A stretch of 64,000 nt of DNA from Candidatus Woesearchaeota archaeon (GTDB lineage Archaea; Nanobdellota; Nanobdellia; Woesearchaeales; GW2011-AR4), in assembly GCA_016187495.1 (NCBI GenBank), contig JACPJP010000012.1, positions 17,031 through 81,030 of the forward strand, given 5' to 3'. Shown here one piece after another: positions 57,955 to 64,000 of the stretch (its first letter is position 1; every line of letters begins with the position of its first letter). The translations under genes were made by a program, and so were the position numbers. The notes under the pieces were generated by a model. That model did no database searches, was not told where the DNA came from, and saw nothing but the letters and a program-made list of their open reading frames with translations.

Positions 57955-59064
57955 ATGAACGAAATCCAATTAGTGAATCTAAAAAAGCAATATGAATTGC
58001 TGAGGGAGGAAATAAACACTGCAATTTCTAGCACGCTAGAAAATTCAAAATTCATTTTAGGCCCTGAGACATGCAAATTTGAAAAGGATTTTGCTGCTTT
58101 TTGCGACGCAAAATATAGCGTCGCCCTTAGTTCTGGTACAGACGCTTTAAAACTCGCATTAAGCACATTGGGCGTAAAGCGGGGTGATGAGGTTATTACA
58201 GTCCCAAATACTTTTATTGCCACAGTTGAGGCAATTATCGGGGTGGGGGCAAAACCCGTTTTTTGCGAAATTGAGGAGCAGACATTTACCCTCGATGTCA
58301 AAAAGTTAAATGGGTTGATCACAGAGAAGACCAAGGCCATTTTGCCCGTTGACTTATACGGGCACCCTTGCGATTTGTCCCCAATAATGGATTTGGCCGA
58401 AAAGCATGACTTTAGTGTGGTAGAAGATGCTTGTCAGGCTCACGGTGCAAAGTATGGGGGCAAAATGATTGGGGGGATTGCACACGCAACAGTATTCAGC
58501 TTTTACCCCAGCAAAAATTTGGGATCTTATGGCGATGGGGGGGCTATTACCACTAATGATGAAGAATTGGCTGGAAAGATTTCGGCATTGCGCGACCATG
58601 GAAGGCTTACCCATGAAAAATATAAGCACGACTACATTGGTGGCAATTATCGTATGGACGAGCTGCAAGCTGCAATTCTCAATGTAAAATTAAAATATCT
58701 GGAAAAATGGATTGAGGCAAGAAGAAATTTGGCTTCGTTATATAGCAAGCTGATCGATTCAAAACATGTAAGGCATCCTGAGGAAGCAAGCTATGCGAGA
58801 CATGCCTATTACCTATATGTCATAAGATCAAAAAAAAGAGACATGTTAAAAAAATTTTTGCTTTCTGAAAAAATATGCTGCGAGGTCCATTATCCGCTAC
58901 CACTCCATTTGCAGCCCGCACTTAAATTTCTGGGCCGTAAAAAAGGAGATTTTGAAATCACCGAGCAATGTTCCGATACTGTATTGTCGCTACCCCTATA
59001 TCCTGAGCTGGAAGAGAAAGAAATAATGTACATATCAGACAAAATAAATAAGTTTTTTAAATGA
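57955..59064 (+). CDS. DegT/FdtB-like sugar aminotransferase
   Basis: SGTDAL, EDACQAHG, SFYPSKNLG..GDGG, NYRMDELQA and HYPLPLH motifs. Confidence 0.93.
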   Translation: MNEIQLVNLKKQYELLREEINTAISSTLENSKFILGPETCKFEKDFAAFCDAKYSVALSSGTDALKLALSTLGVKRGDEVITVPNTFIATVEAIIGVGAKPVFCEIEEQTFTLDVKKLNGLITEKTKAILPVDLYGHPCDLSPIMDLAEKHDFSVVEDACQAHGAKYGGKMIGGIAHATVFSFYPSKNLGSYGDGGAITTNDEELAGKISALRDHGRLTHEKYKHDYIGGNYRMDELQAAILNVKLKYLEKWIEARRNLASLYSKLIDSKHVRHPEEASYARHAYYLYVIRSKKRDMLKKFLLSEKICCEVHYPLPLHLQPALKFLGRKKGDFEITEQCSDTVLSLPLYPELEEKEIMYISDKINKFFK

Positions 59065-59088
59065 AATTCAGATACTTACAATCTTAAA

Positions 59089-59520
59089 ATGAATAAAATT
59101 GTAAAAGACTGCAAAATAGGGGATAACACAAAGATCTGGGATTATACTAACCTCTATGGGTGTGAAATTGGAAAAAATTGCATGATAGGGGCTTTTGTCG
59201 AGATACAAAAAGGAGTAAAGATTGGAAATAATGTAAGGATTCAAAGCCATACCTTTATATGCGAGGGGGTGACCATCGGAGATGATGTTTTTATTGGCCA
59301 TGGCGTTATTTTTACAAATATTAAAAAACCTTCTATGAAAACGTACCCCCATAAATCCCTGCTGAAAACCAATGTAGGGAAAGGTGCTATTATAGGCTCG
59401 AATGCCACAATATTGCCGGTTAAAATAGGGGAGAACTCAATTGTCGGCGCTGGCGCTGTTGTAACAAAAGATGTCCCTCCAAATTCAACTGTTGCGGGGA
59501 ATCCTGCGATAATAATCTGA
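59089..59520 (+). CDS. Left-handed beta-helix N-acetyltransferase (WbpD/FdtC-like)
   Basis: Hexapeptide repeats; IQSHTFICEGV and VGAGAVVTKDVP..VAGNPA. Confidence 0.9.
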   Translation: MNKIVKDCKIGDNTKIWDYTNLYGCEIGKNCMIGAFVEIQKGVKIGNNVRIQSHTFICEGVTIGDDVFIGHGVIFTNIKKPSMKTYPHKSLLKTNVGKGAIIGSNATILPVKIGENSIVGAGAVVTKDVPPNSTVAGNPAIII

Positions 59521-59521
59521 A

Positions 59522-60469
59522 ATGGCAAATAATAAAAGAGTGAAAAGGGTTTCTGTAGTAAGCCCTGCACGCAATGAGGAAGGGAATATTAAAGAGTTTG
59601 TAGCAAGAACAGCAGCAGCTTTAGAAAAATTAAATTGCGAATACCAGATAATAGTCGTGGATGATGCCAGCACAGACAAAACGCCCGCTATACTTGAAAA
59701 ACTGAAATCAAGGTACAAGGAGCTTAAGGTCGTACACAATAAAAAGGCTAAGGGCATTACCAACTCGCTTAACGTCGGCTTTAAATATACCTCTTACCCA
59801 ACTATAATATTTTTGCCTTCTGATTTGGAATCAAATCCTAGTGAAGACATACCAGACCTATTAGAATCATATGAACAGGGCAATGATTTTGTTATCGGGT
59901 GGAGGTATAATAAAAGGGACAATAGGATAAAGAGAGCTACCACATTCCTATTCAATAAACTGGTCGGTGCCTTGTTTAAGGACGTTAAATTGCATGATTT
60001 GGGATGGGTCAAATGCTTTGACAGGGAGATATTGGATAATATAGAGCCCCTGCGATCGGATTGGCACCGCTTTTTGGCTGTTTTGGCAATAACAGAGGGT
60101 TATAGGGTAAAAGAGATAAAAACCAAGTATTATCCAAGAAAAAGAGGGGTATCAAAATTCGGAAAATTTGGATTAGGGAGGATACAAGGGGCATTTTTTG
60201 ATTTGTTGGCTATAAAATTCTTTTCAATATTTTCAAAGAAGCCTATGCATATGTTTGGACTTATGGGGCTAATTTTTACCCTTATAGGGCTTATTTTTGG
60301 AGTCTATTTGCTGTACCTTCATTTCATATCCTTCTCGGAAGTTGATAAAAAAATACCCTTCGTAATTTTAACATCCTTATTTATTTTGGTCGGTACGGTT
60401 TTTTTCAGCATTGGGATCTTGGCAGAGTACTTAGTTTCTATAATGGAGAAATTGAAAAAAATCAAATAA
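59522..60469 (+). CDS. ArnC/GtrB-like GT2 polyprenol-phosphate glycosyltransferase
   Basis: PARNEE, VDDASTD, WHRFL and RKRGVSKF motifs; two C-terminal TM helices. Confidence 0.9.
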   Translation: MANNKRVKRVSVVSPARNEEGNIKEFVARTAAALEKLNCEYQIIVVDDASTDKTPAILEKLKSRYKELKVVHNKKAKGITNSLNVGFKYTSYPTIIFLPSDLESNPSEDIPDLLESYEQGNDFVIGWRYNKRDNRIKRATTFLFNKLVGALFKDVKLHDLGWVKCFDREILDNIEPLRSDWHRFLAVLAITEGYRVKEIKTKYYPRKRGVSKFGKFGLGRIQGAFFDLLAIKFFSIFSKKPMHMFGLMGLIFTLIGLIFGVYLLYLHFISFSEVDKKIPFVILTSLFILVGTVFFSIGILAEYLVSIMEKLKKIK

Positions 60470-60471
60470 AA

Positions 60472-62217
60472 ATGAAAATATTTGCCCATGCAATGAAAGG
60501 ACTTAAAGATACGGTCATGTGGATACTTACAAAAAAAAATTTAGTAATCATATTGTTCATAGTTTTTCTATATTTAAGGCTATTTATTAGCGATTCTTCA
60601 CTGCTTTTATCCAGCGATTCATTGAAATTCATCGAAACCTCAAAACGATTCCCAAATTATACTCTCTATAATGATGAGATTTACCTGCATCACCCCCCAC
60701 TTTATCCATATACAATCCGCTTTTTTTCCTTGTTTTTTCAGGATCATACCGCGGCAATATTCGTTAGCTTAATCTCGTCTATTGCCTCCTTTTTTGTATT
60801 GTACAACTTCTTGATGCTACTTACAAAAAATTTCGATATTGTTTTCTTCGTTATGGTTTTTTACACCATGTCTGCAACATTCATAGAAGCAGCCGGAGCA
60901 ATTTTAAGGGAAACATTTGTTGTTTTATTAATCCTTTTAGCACTTTATTATTATGTCAAGGGGGTTAAATTCAATAATAAAAAATCGCTTATTGCTGCCA
61001 CAATATTCGGAAGCTTATTGGCGATTACTTCAGATCACGTCGTCTTTATTCTTCCGGCATTCGCCCTTTCCTATATAATTTTTAATAAGGAAAAAATAAA
61101 TTTGAAAGCAGCGGAAGTTCAAAGAACTTCAAGGTTTGCTTTCAGCAAACGGTTAAAGCTGCCAAATTTAAAATACGCAATTATGCCGTTATTAATAACA
61201 TTGATTGTTTATGGCTCTTGGTTAGGAATAAAAGCTTTTCAATACTCAAATAGCTACTACTACCCTATAGGAATCGAAGGCATCCCTATAGATGTCAGAA
61301 ATTTTGGAATTTTTGAACTTTTAAGCCCACAACTTTTTGAGGATTATAGCGATGCCAGGCTGGTTTCTTCAGGCATTCCGGCAGTAAAGAGAGTTGCATT
61401 CAATATTGGATATATGTTTAATATGGCCCCATTTTCAATACCTGATGGCCTGAATTTTACTACTATGAAATATCTCCTATTCACCAGGCATATTATCTAT
61501 ATAATTTTAATCTATGTTCCCCTTGCGATGCTTGCAATTTTTGGCTTGTACACAATAGCTAAGGAATTTATCAGAACAAAAAAAATATACCAAAATGTTA
61601 ATCTTTATATGATAGGCATATTCCTCATCTTTATTTTTCCAATAACCCAAAAATTTGTTTCCCCAAGATACATCTATACATCGTACATTTTCTTATATTT
61701 TATAATGGGTTATGGATTGACAACTTTGCTTAAAAAAAGAGGAGTAGCGCAAATCCGCCCTATAATTTTTCCGCTCATAGCAATCTTGCTTTTGCTATTG
61801 ATCCCCATTTGGTACTATAGCCATCCTTATGTCGTACTTTTCAGCAAAAAAGTCATTTCGTCGCAAAAAACGGGAGATTTTATAGCTAATAACATACCCT
61901 CTGAAGCAGTTATAATGGCCCAGCCAGGATATGGCGTCAAATTAATTTATCTTACCGGCAACAGGGTTGTAGGCTTGCATCCTCAACCGGAGAAATTGCC
62001 TGAGCTGATAGACTATTATAATATCAGCTATATTGTTTTCGGCAGGCGATATACTTCGGATGCCTATTATGTCAGCACAAAATCCGTTGAATTTGTTAGG
62101 GATAATCCTGATAAATTTGAGCTAATTGCAGCTATCCAAGAGGATTATAGGGATTTTTATAATGAAGAGGATCCTGCAAGTACGGATGAAGTGTACATTT
62201 ATAAAATAATAAATTAA
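60472..62217 (+). CDS. ArnT/PMT-like GT-C membrane glycosyltransferase
   Basis: DSLKF, HHPPLYP, multiple TM helices, PRY and a soluble C-terminal domain. Confidence 0.78.
   Translation: MKIFAHAMKGLKDTVMWILTKKNLVIILFIVFLYLRLFISDSSLLLSSDSLKFIETSKRFPNYTLYNDEIYLHHPPLYPYTIRFFSLFFQDHTAAIFVSLISSIASFFVLYNFLMLLTKNFDIVFFVMVFYTMSATFIEAAGAILRETFVVLLILLALYYYVKGVKFNNKKSLIAATIFGSLLAITSDHVVFILPAFALSYIIFNKEKINLKAAEVQRTSRFAFSKRLKLPNLKYAIMPLLITLIVYGSWLGIKAFQYSNSYYYPIGIEGIPIDVRNFGIFELLSPQLFEDYSDARLVSSGIPAVKRVAFNIGYMFNMAPFSIPDGLNFTTMKYLLFTRHIIYIILIYVPLAMLAIFGLYTIAKEFIRTKKIYQNVNLYMIGIFLIFIFPITQKFVSPRYIYTSYIFLYFIMGYGLTTLLKKRGVAQIRPIIFPLIAILLLLLIPIWYYSHPYVVLFSKKVISSQKTGDFIANNIPSEAVIMAQPGYGVKLIYLTGNRVVGLHPQPEKLPELIDYYNISYIVFGRRYTSDAYYVSTKSVEFVRDNPDKFELIAAIQEDYRDFYNEEDPASTDEVYIYKIIN
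61108..61162. repeat. In-frame double-hairpin palindromic element inside the GT-C gene
   Basis: GAAGTTC-aaa-GAACTTC (61114-61130) and GTTTGCT-ttc-AGCAAAC (61134-61150), enclosed by GCAGC/GCTGC. Confidence 0.55.
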
Positions 62218-62255
62218 CCTATGGCACTTCCTTAAATATATCTTCCTTAAATAGA

Positions 62256-63161
62256 ATGAAACTTTTAAAATCCAGCGGATTTAAGGTCTTATTAAGTGTT
62301 ATTCTGCTGTTCTTGGTATTTAGGTTAATTGGATTTCAAGAAATTTATGCTGTGCTTTTAAGCGTGAATCTTAGTTATATCCTGATCTCTTTCGTATTTG
62401 TATTATTGCTTATACTGCTTAAGGCTGTAAGATGGAGGAATATTGCTGCGGCGTTTAAGGCTAATATAAGCTTAGCAGACTCTATAAACTACACGCTCAT
62501 ATCGTTTACATTCGGATTTGTAACGCCTGGAAGGGTTGGAGAATTTATTAAAGGCAAATACCTTGCAGATAAGACTAAAGCAGGATATTTCAAGTCTTTC
62601 CTTACAGCAGTGATTGATAAGGCCTTTGATATAGCATCATTGTTTGGATCGGCATTGCTCGGGATTGCTTTTTTGGATATAAACCTGCCCTTTTCTGATC
62701 TGTTTATCTATCTATTTATATCATATATAATCATTTTGATACTAATATTCTTATTTTTCGATAAATCACTCAAGTTTGCTAAGTTTTTCCTTCCTAAGAA
62801 ATACCGGGATGATTTGGAGCCACTTAGCATTACAAGAAAAATTTATCTCTCTTCACTAGGCATATCATTTTTGATATGGATTTTTCTGAGCGCAGCAGCA
62901 TTTTTCATTTTAAAATCTATGGACATTCCAGCAGTATCCTTGCTCATAGTGATGATTGCAGTTCCTTTGATGGCGCTTTCCTCACAACTTCCAATATCCT
63001 TTGGGGGCATAGGTGTTAGGGAATTAGTGGCCGTATATCTCTTCTCTACTATAGGAATCGCTGCTGAGAAGTCCGCAGCCTTTTCATTGATTTATACATT
63101 TGTGAGCTTCATAGTGCCTGCAATTATAGGTGCATTCCTATACCTTAAATTAAAGCGTTAG
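62256..63161 (+). CDS. Lysylphosphatidylglycerol-synthase-TM / UPF0104 flippase-like membrane protein
   Basis: KAVRW, TPGRVGEF, DKAFD and PISFGGIGVRE motifs. Confidence 0.88.
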   Translation: MKLLKSSGFKVLLSVILLFLVFRLIGFQEIYAVLLSVNLSYILISFVFVLLLILLKAVRWRNIAAAFKANISLADSINYTLISFTFGFVTPGRVGEFIKGKYLADKTKAGYFKSFLTAVIDKAFDIASLFGSALLGIAFLDINLPFSDLFIYLFISYIIILILIFLFFDKSLKFAKFFLPKKYRDDLEPLSITRKIYLSSLGISFLIWIFLSAAAFFILKSMDIPAVSLLIVMIAVPLMALSSQLPISFGGIGVRELVAVYLFSTIGIAAEKSAAFSLIYTFVSFIVPAIIGAFLYLKLKR

Positions 63162-64000
63162 ACTTATTTTGTTGCTCTTAAACCACTCCGTAAAACTCTT
63201 TATTCCTTGTTTAAAATCGATTTCCGGAGACCATCCCAGCAGTTTTTTGGCTTTGCTTATGTTAGCATAAGTCACTTCCATATCTCCCTGCTGCTTTTCT
63301 GCCATTTTTATTTTTGCCTTTTTATCAAGATTGTTCTCTATTAGGCGGATTACATCTTTTAATATTACTGGATTATTGTCTCCCAGGTTTATTATTTCAA
63401 AGCCCTTATTTTTTTCCAATGCCAGCAAGATGCCTTTAACTATGTCGCTTACGTAAGTATAGTCCCTCTTGGAAGTTCCATTTCCATAAACCTCAATTTT
63501 TTTTTCCTCATTTATCATTTTTGCGAACTTGTAGATCGCCATATCCGGCCTTCCCCTGGGGCCGTAAACTGTAAAGAACCTTAAACATGCTATATTCATG
63601 CCGTAGAGGTTGTGGTATGTGTTGCATAATAATTCACATGACCTCTTGGTAAAGCCGTAAGGCGATATCTGGCTGTTTACTTCGTCATTCTCGCTGAAAG
63701 GTATTTTTTTATTGCCTCCGTAAACAGAGCTTGATGAGCCGAAAACAAAATTTTTTATGCTGTTTTCCCTTGCAAGCTCCAGCAGGTTCAATGTTCCCTG
63801 TATGTTGTCCTGAACATAGGCATCTGGCATGGAAATAGATGGTCTTACGCCAACCCTCGCTGCAAGATGAATTATTTTTTCTATTTTGCTGTTTTTAAAA
63901 ATATTTTTTAATCCATCAATGTTTTTTATATCTTCCCTATACAAAGAAAAATTTTTATTTTTATTTAGGGCTTCAATGTTGCTTTCTTTTATCTTTGGGC
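63150..64000 (-). CDS. UDP-glucuronate 4-epimerase-like SDR (5' end beyond the window)
   Basis: HLAARVGVRPS, SSSSVYG, SPYGFTK and LRFFTVYGPRGRPDMA motifs; the frame stays open to the window edge. Confidence 0.9.
   Translation of the reverse strand, partial: PKIKESNIEALNKNKNFSLYREDIKNIDGLKNIFKNSKIEKIIHLAARVGVRPSISMPDAYVQDNIQGTLNLLELARENSIKNFVFGSSSSVYGGNKKIPFSENDEVNSQISPYGFTKRSCELLCNTYHNLYGMNIACLRFFTVYGPRGRPDMAIYKFAKMINEEKKIEVYGNGTSKRDYTYVSDIVKGILLALEKNKGFEIINLGDNNPVILKDVIRLIENNLDKKAKIKMAEKQQGDMEVTYANISKAKKLLGWSPEIDFKQGIKSFTEWFKSNKISLTL

Noticed and set aside
1095-60194. Numerous 60-210 aa antisense or alternative-frame ORFs in the supplied track (e.g. 3853-4485, 14419-14871, 19745-20191, 38148-38582)
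   Set aside because: They lie opposite or within well-supported genes, have the S/F/L/I-rich composition typical of shadow ORFs, and show no motifs.

Overview
A 64 kb, AT-rich, gene-dense archaeal chromosomal segment. RadB, archaeal MBF1, AK6-type adenylate kinase, BRE/TATA promoters, GGTGA-type RBSs and a TGAAV-anchored surface protein point to a DPANN archaeon, probably Woesearchaeota/Pacearchaeota-like (inference). From left to right: (i) an RHH/PIN toxin-antitoxin pair bracketed by a degenerate duplicate of the pckG 3' end, then pckG, aspartate aminotransferase and housekeeping genes; (ii) about 17 kb of acyl-CoA metabolism genes: acyl-CoA carboxylase subunits, BirA, a BioY/ECF biotin importer, FabZ, two archaeal-type thiolases flanking a DUF35-DUF362 fusion, lpd, a methyltransferase and FabG/PhaB. 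This looks like a hybrid acyl-chain-building system with no HMG-CoA synthase in the window. Both thiolases break at the end of an identical 141-bp repeat, probably an assembly artefact; (iii) a surface-glycan locus of about 35 kb containing a wbpA/B/E-like plus formyltransferase module and a bacterial-style AcpS-FkbH-ACP-MaoC-AAC(3) acyl-transfer cassette. Non-coding features include a MITE-like element, a two-copy structured repeat, a potentially bistable long hairpin and an in-frame palindromic insertion. No rRNA, tRNA or CRISPR array was seen. All functional calls come from motif recognition by eye; no searches were run.
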